64,000 bases of DNA from Candidatus Dormiibacterota bacterium. Lineage in GTDB: Bacteria; Chloroflexota; Dormibacteria; CF-121. The stretch covers positions 4,289-68,288 of the forward strand of contig DAIPYJ010000006.1 in the NCBI GenBank assembly GCA_036782775.1, written 5' to 3'. The notes under the pieces are model-generated. The model did no database searches. It was not told where the DNA came from and saw only the letters and a program-made list of their open reading frames with translations. Both the position numbers and the translations under genes were made by a program. Position 1 is the stretch's first letter; each line of letters begins with the position of its first letter. This document shows positions 27,210-40,056 of this stretch, piece after piece.

Positions 27210-28049
27210 ATGCCACTCGTGACGCTCAAGCAACTGCTGGAGGCCGGGGTCCATTTCGGCCACCAGACCAGCCGCTGGAATCCCAAGATGAAGCGGTACA
27301 TCTTCACCGCTCGCAATGGGATCCACATCATCGATCTGCAGCAAACGGTCAAGCTGCTGGATGACGCCTCGAACTGGGTGAAGGATGTGGTCGGAAGCGG
27401 CCGCATGGTGCTCTTCATCGGCACCAAGAAGCAGGCCCAGGAATCGATCGAGCTGGAGGCGCGGCGCTCCGGCATGCCCTTCGTCAACCACCGGTGGATG
27501 GGGGGGATGCTCACCAACTTTTCCGTGATGCGGCGCCAGATCGAGCGGCTCAACAGCCTGCGTGCCATCCGCAACAACGGCGGCTTCACCGGCAGCAAGA
27601 AAACGATCACCGGACTGGAGGAGGAATACCAGCGGCTCGAGCGCTTCTTCGGCGGCATGTCCGAGATGAAGCGACTGCCCGGTGCCGTCTATGTCGTCGA
27701 TCCCCGCAAAGAGCACATCGCGGTCACCGAGGCCCGCAAGCTGAATATCCCGATCGTGGCGATCACCGACTCCAACTGCGATCCGGATGAGATCGACCAT
27801 GTCATCCCCGGCAACGACGACGCGATCCGGGCGGTCAAGCTGATCACCTCCAAGATCGCCGATGCGGCGCTGGAGGCGCGCCAGCTGATCAGTCCGGAGG
27901 AGCTCGCCGCCGCGCCCGAGGTGCCGGCCATGCCCGAGTACACCTACGAAGAAGAGGAAGAGGACGAAGACGAGAAAGGGTTTGCCGGAATGCCCACCGT
28001 CAACGAGGCCGAGTTCTACGAGGACGAAGCCCTGGACGACGAGAAATAG
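27210..28049 (+). CDS. rpsB: 30S ribosomal protein S2 with acidic C-terminal tail
   Basis: [19 protein letters not shown]. Confidence 0.95.
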   Translation: MPLVTLKQLLEAGVHFGHQTSRWNPKMKRYIFTARNGIHIIDLQQTVKLLDDASNWVKDVVGSGRMVLFIGTKKQAQESIELEARRSGMPFVNHRWMGGMLTNFSVMRRQIERLNSLRAIRNNGGFTGSKKTITGLEEEYQRLERFFGGMSEMKRLPGAVYVVDPRKEHIAVTEARKLNIPIVAITDSNCDPDEIDHVIPGNDDAIRAVKLITSKIADAALEARQLISPEELAAAPEVPAMPEYTYEEEEEDEDEKGFAGMPTVNEAEFYEDEALDDEK

Positions 28050-28051
28050 CC

Positions 28052-29959
<1,908 letters not shown>

Positions 29960-29976
29960 GCGCCAAGGAGTCCGGG

Positions 29977-30699
29977 TTGAGCCAGTTGCCGCCGCCACAG
30001 CACGTCGCGATCATCATGGATGGCAACAGCCGCTGGGCCCGCGAGCGGTTGCTGCCGCGCGTGATGGGACATAAGGCGGGCATCGAGTCGATCCGTCGCG
30101 TGGCGGAGGCGGCGGACCAGCGTGGCGTTCGGGTTCTTACGCTCTACGCCTTTTCCACCGAGAACTGGTCCCGTCCGCGTGACGAAGTCGATGCGCTGAT
30201 GAGCTTGTTTTCCGACACCATCCGGCGTGAGGTGGAGGAGCTGGCCCGGCGCGGGATCGCATTGCGCTTCTCGGGGCGCGTCCACGAGCTTTCGCCCGCG
30301 CTTCAGGAGCAGATGCGGCAGGCCACGGAACGGACGAGCGTTAGCGCGCGGGCGGTGCTCAACATCGCCATCAACTACGGCGGCCGCATCGAAATCGTGG
30401 ACGCCGTGCGCGAGCTGGCGCGCGAAGGCGCCGATCTCCGGAACCTCGATGAGGCGATGCTCGCGTCCCACCTCTATACCCGCGATCTGCCTGATCCCGA
30501 CCTCGTCATCCGGACGGCCGGGGAGATGCGGCTGAGCAACTTCCTGCTCTGGCAGGCCGCCTACTCCGAGTTCTATTCGACGACGACCCTTTGGCCCGAT
30601 TTCGGCGGCGCCGACTTTGATGAGGCGCTGGCCTCCTATCAGCGACGCGTCCGTCGCTTCGGGGCCCGCCCGGAGGAGGTTCCGCATCGAGGTCGCTGA
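29977..30699 (+). CDS. uppS: undecaprenyl diphosphate synthase
   Basis: HVAIIMDGNSRWA, FSTENWSRP, RLSNFLLWQAAYSEF. Confidence 0.9.
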   Translation: MSQLPPPQHVAIIMDGNSRWARERLLPRVMGHKAGIESIRRVAEAADQRGVRVLTLYAFSTENWSRPRDEVDALMSLFSDTIRREVEELARRGIALRFSGRVHELSPALQEQMRQATERTSVSARAVLNIAINYGGRIEIVDAVRELAREGADLRNLDEAMLASHLYTRDLPDPDLVIRTAGEMRLSNFLLWQAAYSEFYSTTTLWPDFGGADFDEALASYQRRVRRFGARPEEVPHRGR

Positions 30700-31552
30700 C
30701 GCCCAGGCGGACTCGGAGGCGCTCGCTTCCGCTCGGCGTTCCAACCTGCTGATCCGGATCCTCACCGCCGCGGTGCTGATCGCCGTCGTGCTCCTCGTGT
30801 TGCTCGCCGGTTCCGTCTGGGTTTACGCCGCGCTGGCTGTCGTTCTCGGAGCAGGCCTGATCGAGTACTGGCAGCTGACGCGCGCGCTGCAAACGCCGGC
30901 GCCACTCTGGCTGCTGTTTCCGCTCAGCTACGCGTTCCTGCTCCGCGACCATTTGCCGGCGTCAGCCAACCTGACACTGGTCTTAGCGGCGGCCAGCGTG
31001 GTCGGACTCGGCGCCATGGTCTTCCTGCGCGACTGGCAGGCGAGCCTGACTCGCTGGGCGCTCGCCATCGGCGGAAGCCTCTGGCTGGGCCTGCTGCTCA
31101 GTTTTTACGCCTCGCTCTACTTTCGCCATCAACCGGACCCGACGCGACAGGGATTCTGGTTGGTCATCATCGTTTTCGTGACGATCTGGATCGGCGACAC
31201 CGCCGCCATGCTGGCCGGGATGCGATTCGGACGGCACCGGTTCTTCCCGCGCATCAGCCCCAAGAAGACGGCGGAGGGGGCGGTCGCCGAACTGCTGGTC
31301 AGCGCCGCGTTTTTCAGCGTGGCCGCGCTCTTTCTGCACATCGGTTTTCCGCACAATCTGCTCCTCGGCCTGCTGATTGGCGCCGCGGCCCAGGTCGGCG
31401 ATCTGGTCGAGTCTCAGCTCAAACGAACCGCCGGCGTCAAGGACGCCAGCCAGTTGATCCCGGGTCACGGCGGCGTGCTCGATCGCATCGACTCGCTGCT
31501 TCCCGTGGGAGCGCTTGTGTACTATTACCTCGCGTTCTTGCACCTGGCGTGA
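30617..31552 (+). CDS. cdsA: phosphatidate cytidylyltransferase
   Basis: Multi-TM protein with C-terminal signature SQLKRTAGVKDASQLIPGHGGVLDRIDS. ATG 30617 overlaps uppS by 83 nt. Conserved body begins about 30730, so true start uncertain. Confidence 0.8.
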   Translation: MMRRWPPISDASVASGPARRRFRIEVADAQADSEALASARRSNLLIRILTAAVLIAVVLLVLLAGSVWVYAALAVVLGAGLIEYWQLTRALQTPAPLWLLFPLSYAFLLRDHLPASANLTLVLAAASVVGLGAMVFLRDWQASLTRWALAIGGSLWLGLLLSFYASLYFRHQPDPTRQGFWLVIIVFVTIWIGDTAAMLAGMRFGRHRFFPRISPKKTAEGAVAELLVSAAFFSVAALFLHIGFPHNLLLGLLIGAAAQVGDLVESQLKRTAGVKDASQLIPGHGGVLDRIDSLLPVGALVYYYLAFLHLA

Positions 31553-31612
31553 GGCCGCCGGTGCAATGACCCCTTCAAAGCCGACGTTTCAGCTGATGCG
31601 GGTGTCTCCCGC

Positions 31613-32773
31613 GTGTACACCATGAAAGCCCATCGTCCATCGTTCCGGCGCCTGGCCCTGCTTGGCGCGACCGGGTCGATCGGACGCCAGGTCTGCGATC
31701 TGGTGGAGCGCCATCCCGAGCGCTTTGCGCTGCACGCGCTGGTGGGCGGTCATGACACGGCCGCGCTCGACGCCATCGCACGGCGGCACCCGACCGCGCA
31801 TGCGCTGCTGGCGCAGCCAGGCGACGGGCAGGCGACGGCGCGCGCGATCGACGAGGCTGTGTGCGATCCCGATGTCGACCTGGTTGTGGTCGCGGTGGCC
31901 GGCAGCGCCGCACTGGGTCCGACACTGGCCGCGCTGGAGGCCGGCAAGGACGTCGCGCTGGCGACCAAGGAAGTGCTGGTCATGGCCGGCCCGCTGATCC
32001 GCGAGCGAATGCGTCAGCATGGCTCGCAGGTTTTTCCGATTGACAGCGAGCACAGTGCCATCTGGCAATGCCTGTGGGGCGAGAAATCGAACGCAGTCCG
32101 GCGCCTGATCCTGACCGGTTCTGGCGGCCCGTTTCTGCGCCGGCCGCTTGCCTCGCTCGAGGCAGTGACCATCACGGAGGCTCTTGCCCATCCGCGCTGG
32201 AAGATGGGACCGAAGATCACCGTCGACTCGGCCACCATGATGAACAAAGGGCTGGAGATCATCGAGGCCCATTTCCTCTTCGATCTGCCCTATGCCGCGA
32301 TCGACGTCGTGGTGCATCCGGAGAGCGTGGTGCATTCGATGGTCGAGTTCGTGGACGGCAGTGTCAAAGCCCAGCTCGCTCAGCCGGACATGCATCTGCC
32401 GATTGCGATCGCGCTGGGGTTTCCGGACCGGATCCCTGACGTGAGCCCTCCGCCAGATCTGGCGACGCTCGGCCGTCTGACCTTCGAACCGCTCGACCCG
32501 GCGCGCTATCCCGCGGTCGAACTAGCCCGCCAGGTGGGTGACCGTGGTGGCACCGCGCCCGCGGTGCTCAATGCGGCCAACGAAGAGGCGGTCGGACTGT
32601 TCCTTCAGGGCCAGTGCCGATTCGTCGACATCGTGCCACTGGTCGAGCGGGTGCTCGAAGCCACGGCCATTTCCGACCAACTCGACCTGGAAAGTCTGCT
32701 GGCCGCGGATCGCCAGGCCCGCGCGCAGCTGCGGGCCGAAGCGGGAGACCGCCGGAGCAAGCTGCCGGCATGA
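31613..32773 (+). CDS. dxr: 1-deoxy-D-xylulose 5-phosphate reductoisomerase
   Basis: [54 protein letters not shown]. Confidence 0.9.
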   Translation: MYTMKAHRPSFRRLALLGATGSIGRQVCDLVERHPERFALHALVGGHDTAALDAIARRHPTAHALLAQPGDGQATARAIDEAVCDPDVDLVVVAVAGSAALGPTLAALEAGKDVALATKEVLVMAGPLIRERMRQHGSQVFPIDSEHSAIWQCLWGEKSNAVRRLILTGSGGPFLRRPLASLEAVTITEALAHPRWKMGPKITVDSATMMNKGLEIIEAHFLFDLPYAAIDVVVHPESVVHSMVEFVDGSVKAQLAQPDMHLPIAIALGFPDRIPDVSPPPDLATLGRLTFEPLDPARYPAVELARQVGDRGGTAPAVLNAANEEAVGLFLQGQCRFVDIVPLVERVLEATAISDQLDLESLLAADRQARAQLRAEAGDRRSKLPA

Positions 32774-33813
32774 GCCCGGTCCTGCTCGTCCCGCTCGTGG
32801 TCTTGATCTTCAGCCTGCTGGTCATCGTGCACGAATCAGGCCACTTCATCACCGCCAAGCTCGCCGGGATCAAGGTGGAGCAATTCAGTGTGGGCTTCGG
32901 TCCCAAACTGTTCGGCGTCCAGCGCGCGGAGACGCTCTACGCCGTCCGCGGGATTCCACTGGGTGGATTCGTAAAGCTCGCCGGCATGGACGGCAGCATG
33001 GATGCCGGGCCGCGGAGCTTCAACGCCCACCCACTCTGGCAGCGCTTCATCGTCATCGTCGCCGGCTCCGCCTTCAACCTGATCCTGCCGATCTTCATCT
33101 TCAGTGCGGTCTTCATGACGGTCGGCATCGCCCAGGTGAAGACGCCGATCGAAGTCGGCGCCGTCGACCCGGGCACGCCGGCGGCCGCCGCCGGGCTGCA
33201 AAGCGGTGACGTCATCCAGTCGGTGAACGGCCATGCGATCGTGCAGTTCCAGGACCTGCCGAACACGCTCAATGCTTCGAAGGGCACCCCGGTCACGGTC
33301 GCCATCGAGCGCGAAGGTCAGCCGCTCACCCTGACGATTACGCCCCGCCTCGATTCCTCGACCGGCAGCTATATCCTCGGTTTCCATCCCGCGGCCATCA
33401 CCTCGAAACCGTCGCCGCCAAAGGCCGCCTGGCTGGGCATCCAGGAGACGGGGAACTCGATCGTTGGCATCGTCGGCGGCATTTACGAGCTGGCGACCAA
33501 CAAGAGCCTCGGCGGCTTGCTCGGGCCCAACGGCCTCGAAGGTCCGGTCGGCATCGTCAAGACGACGGCGAAGGCGGCGCAGGCCGGCCTCCTGTCAGTC
33601 GTGGGCGTGGTTGCGCTGCTCAGTCTGAGCCTGGGCCTCGCCAATATCCTGCCGTTCCCGGCGCTCGATGGCGGGCGCGCCGCTTTCCTGGTGCTCGAAC
33701 TGGTCCGAGGCCGCCCGGTGGATCCGGCGCGCGAGCAGGTTGTGCACTACGTGGGTCTCGCACTCTTGTTTGGCTTGGTCGGATTAGTGACATATAACGA
33801 TGTGCTGAGATGA
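32770..33813 (+). CDS. rseP: RIP site-2 zinc metalloprotease RseP
   Basis: HESGHF zinc motif, PDZ domain, C-terminal LPFPALDGG. Confidence 0.85.
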   Translation: MSPVLLVPLVVLIFSLLVIVHESGHFITAKLAGIKVEQFSVGFGPKLFGVQRAETLYAVRGIPLGGFVKLAGMDGSMDAGPRSFNAHPLWQRFIVIVAGSAFNLILPIFIFSAVFMTVGIAQVKTPIEVGAVDPGTPAAAAGLQSGDVIQSVNGHAIVQFQDLPNTLNASKGTPVTVAIEREGQPLTLTITPRLDSSTGSYILGFHPAAITSKPSPPKAAWLGIQETGNSIVGIVGGIYELATNKSLGGLLGPNGLEGPVGIVKTTAKAAQAGLLSVVGVVALLSLSLGLANILPFPALDGGRAAFLVLELVRGRPVDPAREQVVHYVGLALLFGLVGLVTYNDVLR

Positions 33814-34907
33814 GGCCCAGGCGCAAATCGATTCCTGTGCGTGTCGGCGACGTCGTCATCGGCGGCGCCGCCGAGATCGCCGTCCAGTCAATGACCAAGG
33901 CGGATACCCGTGATGTCAGGGCAACGCTCAACGAGATCGCGCGCCTCAAAGATGCCAATTGCCGCATCGTTCGCGTCGCCGTTCCGACGCGCGAAGCGGC
34001 TCAGGCGATGGTCGACATCAAGAAGGGCTCGCCCTTGCCGATCATCGCGGACATTCATTACGACGCTCCGCTGGCCCTGGCCGCCCTCGAAGCTGGGGTC
34101 GACGGCCTGCGGCTGAATCCCGGAAACATCAAGGATCCGGAGAAGGTCAAGGAGATCACGCGCCGGGCCAAGGAGCGGGAGGTTCCGATTCGCATCGGCG
34201 TCAACGCCGGATCGCTACCGGGGCGGCCGAAGGAGGGTGCCGGCGTACGGCCGCCCACCGAGGAAGTGGTCGATGCCATGGTCAAGGCGGCGCTCGGGCA
34301 TATAGCCATCCTCACGTCCCTCGATTTCAACCTGATCAAGGTGTCGATGAAAGCCTCGGACCCGCCGACCATGATCGCGGCCTACCGTGCGATCGCTGAC
34401 AAGATCCCGTATCCCTTGCACCTCGGCGTCACCGAGACGGGCCCGCCTCGAACCGGCGCGATCAAGAGCGCCGTCGGCATCGGCGTGCTGCTCGAAGAAG
34501 GCATCGGCGACACGATCCGTGTCTCGCTGGCGGGTGATTCGGTCGAGGAAGTCGAGGTTGGTTACGCCATCATCAATGCGCTCGCGGAGAAGCAGACCGG
34601 ACCCAACCTGATCGCCTGCCCGATGTGCGGCCGCCTCGAGATCGACATGCTGCCGATGGTGGCTGAAGTCGAGAAGGCGCTGAAGAAGATCAAGCGGCCG
34701 ATCAATGTGTCGGTCATGGGTTGTGTGGTCAACGGCCCCGGCGAAGGCCAGCATGCCGACATCGGCATCGCGGGCGGCAAGGGCAAGGGCATCCTATTCA
34801 AGCACGGCAAGATCGTCGGTACCTTTCCCGAGAAAGAGCTGGTCCCCGCGCTTCTGAAAGAGCTCGACGCGATCGCGGCCGAAGACGCCCAGAAGCTCGC
34901 CAGCTAG
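33810..34907 (+). CDS. ispG: 4-hydroxy-3-methylbut-2-enyl diphosphate synthase (GcpE)
   Basis: RINPGN, C-terminal Fe-S ligands ACPMCGR ... [10 protein letters not shown]. Confidence 0.9.
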   Translation: MRPRRKSIPVRVGDVVIGGAAEIAVQSMTKADTRDVRATLNEIARLKDANCRIVRVAVPTREAAQAMVDIKKGSPLPIIADIHYDAPLALAALEAGVDGLRLNPGNIKDPEKVKEITRRAKEREVPIRIGVNAGSLPGRPKEGAGVRPPTEEVVDAMVKAALGHIAILTSLDFNLIKVSMKASDPPTMIAAYRAIADKIPYPLHLGVTETGPPRTGAIKSAVGIGVLLEEGIGDTIRVSLAGDSVEEVEVGYAIINALAEKQTGPNLIACPMCGRLEIDMLPMVAEVEKALKKIKRPINVSVMGCVVNGPGEGQHADIGIAGGKGKGILFKHGKIVGTFPEKELVPALLKELDAIAAEDAQKLAS

Positions 34908-34991
34908 CCCGGTCTTCAGTCCAGCGGACGGACTCATGGGCGATCCCTCGTAACTCCTGGCCGAAGCGGGCGTTCTGCAAATCAGAGGCCA

Positions 34992-36164
34992 ATGCATCGA
35001 CTTGTCGCGGTCGCCATCACCTTCGCCGTGGTCCTAACGGGCTGCGGTCCCAAGGCGGCGTCGGTGGCCGGAAAGACGCATCCGACTCCCATCTCCAGTC
35101 CGTCGCCAACTGCCGAGTGGTTTGGCGTTGGTCAGCCTCAGTTGGTCGCCCTTTCCGACGGAAACGTCTGGAGCAGCATCGAAGTCGGTAAGAAGGGGTG
35201 GTCGAAGGCCTGGCTCTTCAGCAGCGTGGACGAAGCCAAGACCTGGCATCCGATTAGCGTTCCGGGCCTCGAATCGGTTGGCTATTTCCATCTTTTCGAT
35301 CGATCACATGCTGTCCTGGTCGATGAGTCCGGTAGTGCCGTGTACAGCACAGACGACGCCGGTACTCATTGGTCGCGTGGCAGTCTGCCGATTTCGGCCG
35401 ATGGAACCGTGCCGGCCTCCTTCGTCGACACGCACGAAGGTTGGGTACTGCTAACCGGCGACGCCCCGACCACGACCCTGTACCACACGCGGGACGCCGG
35501 CAAAAGCTGGACTAAAGTCGCGATCCCCCAAGCATTCGTCTATCCCGGCTCGATCTTTTTTCGGGATGCGCTCCACGGCTGGCTCGGTCATGCTGCCTCC
35601 GCGCCCGAGTTGTTCGCCACTAGGGATGGCGGCCAGACCTGGACGGCGGTCGAACTATCGTCCCCCCAGGCCTATCCGGGCGTGGTCTCCTTCGTGGACC
35701 CGGTTCAGGTCTCCGGAAGCGAGCTGCTCTTGATGGTGAACGTGACAGAGGGCGGGATGGGGTCAGGCTTTCCTACCTCGACCTACGTCTATTCGTCAGT
35801 AGACGATGGAATCGACTGGAGTCACAGTGTGCGGCTCACGACGGGTGTGACGGTGGCGACTGGAATGGCTGCGATCGAGGTCCAATCCGCGAACCATTGG
35901 GCGGTCGCAATCGGGACGACTTTTCGAACAACGTTCGACTCTGGGAAGACCTGGACGAGCTATAGCCTTGAGCCAACTCCCGGATTCGTGAACGCCGGCC
36001 TGGTTTTCGCAGATGCGCGCGATGGCTATCTGCTTCTGGGGCGGTCCGCCGACTACGGCGCTTGCTTGCAACACTGTTTCCTGCTGCAGCTGACGAAAGA
36101 CGGGGGCGCATCCTGGCGCACGGCCTCCTTCCCTGAAGTCCCCGCCGACCTGGCACCTCCCTAG
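34992..36164 (+). CDS. BNR/Asp-box repeat beta-propeller lipoprotein (Ycf48/sortilin-like)
   Basis: Lipobox LTGC. Six S/T-x-D-x-G-x-T/S-W motifs (TDDAGTHWS, TRDAGKSWT, TRDGGQTWT, SVDDGIDWS, TFDSGKTWT, TKDGGASWR). Confidence 0.7.
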   Translation: MHRLVAVAITFAVVLTGCGPKAASVAGKTHPTPISSPSPTAEWFGVGQPQLVALSDGNVWSSIEVGKKGWSKAWLFSSVDEAKTWHPISVPGLESVGYFHLFDRSHAVLVDESGSAVYSTDDAGTHWSRGSLPISADGTVPASFVDTHEGWVLLTGDAPTTTLYHTRDAGKSWTKVAIPQAFVYPGSIFFRDALHGWLGHAASAPELFATRDGGQTWTAVELSSPQAYPGVVSFVDPVQVSGSELLLMVNVTEGGMGSGFPTSTYVYSSVDDGIDWSHSVRLTTGVTVATGMAAIEVQSANHWAVAIGTTFRTTFDSGKTWTSYSLEPTPGFVNAGLVFADARDGYLLLGRSADYGACLQHCFLLQLTKDGGASWRTASFPEVPADLAPP

Positions 36165-36215
36165 CCGATCCGAAACCGGCAACGTCATTCTTGCATTCGT
36201 ATACTCCGTAGCCAC

Positions 36216-37694
36216 ATGCCTGACGAGAAGAAGGACAGGGAGAACGGGGACAGGCCCGAAACCGGATTCGTGAAGGAGATTCGAAAGCAATCGGCCGATT
36301 TTCCCGGCTGGTACAACGACGTCGTTCGTAAGGCTCAGCTCGCTGACTACTCGCCAGTACGCGGTTGTATGGTGATCCGACCCTACGGCTACGCCGTCTG
36401 GGAGAACATCCGCGACGAGCTCGACCGGATGATCAAGGCCACTGGTCACGAGAACTGGTATTTCCCGGCGTTGATCCCGCTCAGCTTCTTGCTCAAGGAA
36501 CAGGAGCACGTCGAAGGCTTCGAACCGGAGTTCGCCATGGTGACGCGCGGTGGCGGGAAAGAGCTCGAAGAACCGCTTGTCTTACGGCCCACCTCCGAGA
36601 CGATGATCGCGAGCGCCCTTCGCGATTACATCCAGTCCTATCGGGATCTACCCGTGCTGACCAACCAGTGGAACAACGTCTTTCGCTGGGAGCTGCGCAC
36701 CCGCCTCTTCCTGCGGACGCTGGAGTTCCTCTGGCAGGAAGGGCACACCTTCCACGAAACCGCAGCCGAAGCGGAGGAAGAGGTGGCGCGGATGCTCGAG
36801 TGTTATCGGCAGGTCGCCGAGGACTGGTGCGCCATTCCCGTGCTCGCCGGAAAGAAGTCCGATACCGAAAAGTTCGCCGGCGCGCAGTATTCGACCTCGA
36901 TCGAAGGCATGATGCTCGATGGCAAAGCGCTCCAGATGGGAACGTCGCACTACTTCGGTCAAAATTTTTCCCGCGCCTACGAGCTGACGTTTACCGGCCG
37001 CAACAACGAGCGCGAGCATCCCTACTCGACCAGCTGGGGCATGACCACTCGGATGGTAGGCGCCGTCATCATGGCGCACGGCGATGACTTCGGCCTCCAG
37101 CTACCGCCCAGGATTGCGCCGGTGCAGGTCGTCGTCGTGCCGATCTTTCGCAGTGACGCCGAGCGCGCCCAGGTCACCGCTGCGGTCGACGCGGTCAAGA
37201 CGGCGCTCGACGACCTCCGTGTCAAAGTCGATTGGCGGGACGAGCGGCCTGGATTCAAGTTCAACGAATGGGAGTTGAAGGGCGTCCCGCTGCGGGTCGA
37301 GATCGGCCCGCGCGATGTTGCCGCGGGGCAGGTGACCGTGGTACGCCGGCTCGACCGGCAAAAAAAGCCCGTGCCGTTGACCGAACTCGGCCTGACTGTT
37401 CCCGCCATGCTGGACCACATTCAGACTGCTCTGCTGCAGCGGGCGCTGGACTTCCGCGAGCGACATACGGAGCGCGTGGACTCATTCGATGCTCTCGTGC
37501 AGTTCTTCCGCGATCGAGTTGGCTTCGTCATCGCGCCGTGGTGCGAACGGGCGGAGGACGAGGACAAGGTGAAGGCGGAGACCGGCGGGGCAACGACCCG
37601 GGTGATTCTGGTCAAGCCTGCCGGGACGGACACGGTCTGCGCCGTTTGCGGCCGGCCCGCCACCGTCGAGGTTGCCTGGGGTAAGGCCTACTAG
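36216..37694 (+). CDS. proS: prolyl-tRNA synthetase, archaeal/eukaryote-like architecture (no editing insertion, C-terminal Zn-binding domain)
   Basis: Class II motifs, 492 aa, C-terminal ..CAVCGRPATVEVAWGKAY. No T-box leader upstream. Confidence 0.9.
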   Translation: MPDEKKDRENGDRPETGFVKEIRKQSADFPGWYNDVVRKAQLADYSPVRGCMVIRPYGYAVWENIRDELDRMIKATGHENWYFPALIPLSFLLKEQEHVEGFEPEFAMVTRGGGKELEEPLVLRPTSETMIASALRDYIQSYRDLPVLTNQWNNVFRWELRTRLFLRTLEFLWQEGHTFHETAAEAEEEVARMLECYRQVAEDWCAIPVLAGKKSDTEKFAGAQYSTSIEGMMLDGKALQMGTSHYFGQNFSRAYELTFTGRNNEREHPYSTSWGMTTRMVGAVIMAHGDDFGLQLPPRIAPVQVVVVPIFRSDAERAQVTAAVDAVKTALDDLRVKVDWRDERPGFKFNEWELKGVPLRVEIGPRDVAAGQVTVVRRLDRQKKPVPLTELGLTVPAMLDHIQTALLQRALDFRERHTERVDSFDALVQFFRDRVGFVIAPWCERAEDEDKVKAETGGATTRVILVKPAGTDTVCAVCGRPATVEVAWGKAY

Positions 37695-37697
37695 GAC

Positions 37698-37718
37698 CCC
37701 TCAACCTAAGAGGGGACA
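37698..37718 (+). terminator. GC-rich hairpin CCCCTC-N7-GAGGGG immediately after proS stop (no U-tract)
   Basis: gaCCCCTCaacctaaGAGGGGac. Confidence 0.3.
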
Positions 37719-37785
37719 GCTGTATCCCGATTGGGCGCACGGAAGTTCGGGGATAATCTCGCCATACATCACATAGGAACCTGAG

Positions 37786-39933
37786 ATGCAATTCGCCGAC
37801 CTGCTGACGAAAGTCAGCTACCTGCCGCCGGGTGACGTCGAGGTGTTGTCGCGGGCCTATGACGCGGCGGCCAGCGCCCACCACGACCAGAACCGCCTGT
37901 CCGGCGAGAAGTTCATCGAGCACCCGCTCTCGGTGGCGTCCATCCTCGCCGACCTGCAGTTGGACCGGGACACCCTGGCGGCGGCGATCCTCCACGACAC
38001 GGTCGAGGACACGCACCTGACCGTTTCCGACCTGGAGCAAAGCTTCGGAACCACCGTCGGCAAGCTCGTCGCCGGCGTCACCAAGCTGGACAAGATCAGC
38101 TTCCGCAGCCAGGAACAGGCGCAGGCGGAGAACGTTCGCAAGATGCTGGTCGCGATGGCGGAGGACGTGCGCGTCGTCCTCATGAAACTGGCCGACCGGC
38201 TCCACAACATGCGCACCGTGAACTTCCTGCCCGAGAACCGCCGCCGCGCCATGGCGCAGGAGACGCTCGACATCTACGCCCCGCTGGCGCACCGGCTCGG
38301 CATGTGGAACATCAAATGGGAACTCGAGGACCTGTCGTTTGCGCAGCTTCATCCCGATGAGTACCAGGAGATCGTCAAGAAGATCGCCCGCAAGCGCAAA
38401 GAGCGTGAGACCTACGTCAACGACATCAAGGAGATCCTGGAGCGTGAGCTCGCCGCCGTGGGCATCAAGGCCGAGACCACCGGCCGCCCGAAGCACGTCT
38501 ACAGCATCGCCAACAAGCTCGCGCTCGGGAAAGACTTCGACGAGATCTACGACCTCTCCGCGATCCGGGTGCTGACGGACTCGATCAAGGATTGTTACGG
38601 CGCGCTCGGGGTCATCCACTCGCTCTGGAAGCCGATTCCTGGGCGGTTCAAGGACTACATCGCGATGCCGAAGTCAAACGGTTATCAATCGCTGCACACC
38701 ACGGTGGTCAGCCACACCGGTGAGCCGATGGAGATCCAGATCAGGACCCACGAGATGCATCGCACCGCGGAATGGGGCGTGGCCGCCCACTGGGCCTACA
38801 AGGAGGGAACCGGAAAAGACGAGCGAAAGATGGACCAGCGCTTTGCCTGGCTGCGACAGCTGATGGATTGGCAGAAGGAAGTGCTGGACGCCGAGAAGTT
38901 CGTCGACGCGGTCAAGGTCGACGTCTTTCGCGATGAGGTCTTCGTGTTCACCCCGCGGGGCGATGTCCTCGCGCTCCCCACCGGTGCCACCGCCGTCGAT
39001 TTCGCCTACCGCATCCACACCGAGGTCGGTCACCGCTGCATCGGTGCCAAGGCGAACGGGCGGATGGTTCCCCTCGACTATCCGCTGCAGAACGGCGACA
39101 TCGTCGAAGTCCTGACCTCGAAGGGGCCGCACGGGCCCAGCCGTGACTGGCTCGCGTTCGTCAAGACTGCCGGCGCCGCCCAGAAGATTCGCGCCTGGTT
39201 CAAGAAGGAGCGCCGCGAGGAAAACGTCACCAAGGGCAAGGAGCTGCTCGACAAAGAGTTTCGCCGCATGCAGCAGCGTGCGCTGGCCTCCATCGGCGAA
39301 GAGCGGATCCTCGAGCTGGCCAAGGAGTTTCGCTTCAGCGAGCTCAACGATTTCTACGCCGCGATCGGCTACGGGGATGTCAGCCCGCACTCGGTGCTGC
39401 TGAAATACATGGCGGTCAGCCAGCCAGACGGGAACGGCGAGTTTCCGCTGATCCCCCTCGTTCCACAATTCAAACCAACCGGCGAGATCCGGGTGAAAGG
39501 GGAAAGGGGCGTCCTCACCCAGATCGCCCAATGCTGCAAGCCGGTGCCTGGCGACGCCATCGCCGGCTACATCACGCGCGGCAAGGGCATCACCGTCCAC
39601 CGCACCACCTGCAAGAACGTGCTGAACGTCAGCAACCAGGAACGGCTGGTCGACGTCGATTGGGACACCGGCGGCCGGCAGCTCTATCCGGTTGGGATCA
39701 AGATCGAGGCCTGGGATCGCACCGGGCTCCTTCGCGACATTGCCACGGTGATCGCGGAAAGCAAGATCAATCTCACCGGGGCGGAGGTCCAGGTCTACGA
39801 CGATAAGACCGCGGTGATCTCGACCACCGTCGAGATCAGCAGCCTGACGCAGTTGAGCCGCCTGATGGAACGGCTTGAAACCGTCAAGGACGTCCACACG
39901 GTCGCCCGAGAAGGCAACCTGGCGCACACCTAG
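37786..39933 (+). CDS. relA: bifunctional (p)ppGpp synthetase/hydrolase
   Basis: HD hydrolase domain, synthetase domain, TGS, ACT. Confidence 0.9.
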   Translation: MQFADLLTKVSYLPPGDVEVLSRAYDAAASAHHDQNRLSGEKFIEHPLSVASILADLQLDRDTLAAAILHDTVEDTHLTVSDLEQSFGTTVGKLVAGVTKLDKISFRSQEQAQAENVRKMLVAMAEDVRVVLMKLADRLHNMRTVNFLPENRRRAMAQETLDIYAPLAHRLGMWNIKWELEDLSFAQLHPDEYQEIVKKIARKRKERETYVNDIKEILERELAAVGIKAETTGRPKHVYSIANKLALGKDFDEIYDLSAIRVLTDSIKDCYGALGVIHSLWKPIPGRFKDYIAMPKSNGYQSLHTTVVSHTGEPMEIQIRTHEMHRTAEWGVAAHWAYKEGTGKDERKMDQRFAWLRQLMDWQKEVLDAEKFVDAVKVDVFRDEVFVFTPRGDVLALPTGATAVDFAYRIHTEVGHRCIGAKANGRMVPLDYPLQNGDIVEVLTSKGPHGPSRDWLAFVKTAGAAQKIRAWFKKERREENVTKGKELLDKEFRRMQQRALASIGEERILELAKEFRFSELNDFYAAIGYGDVSPHSVLLKYMAVSQPDGNGEFPLIPLVPQFKPTGEIRVKGERGVLTQIAQCCKPVPGDAIAGYITRGKGITVHRTTCKNVLNVSNQERLVDVDWDTGGRQLYPVGIKIEAWDRTGLLRDIATVIAESKINLTGAEVQVYDDKTAVISTTVEISSLTQLSRLMERLETVKDVHTVAREGNLAHT

Positions 39934-40056
39934 CAGCCTCGCCGCGCCCCGGGACACGCCTGTAAGGGAGATCGTTACCGAGCTGTGACGTCGGCAGCCT
40001 GGTGCCGCATGGAGGAAACGGACGCTGTAACTTCGCATACCTAGCATCGGATTGCG

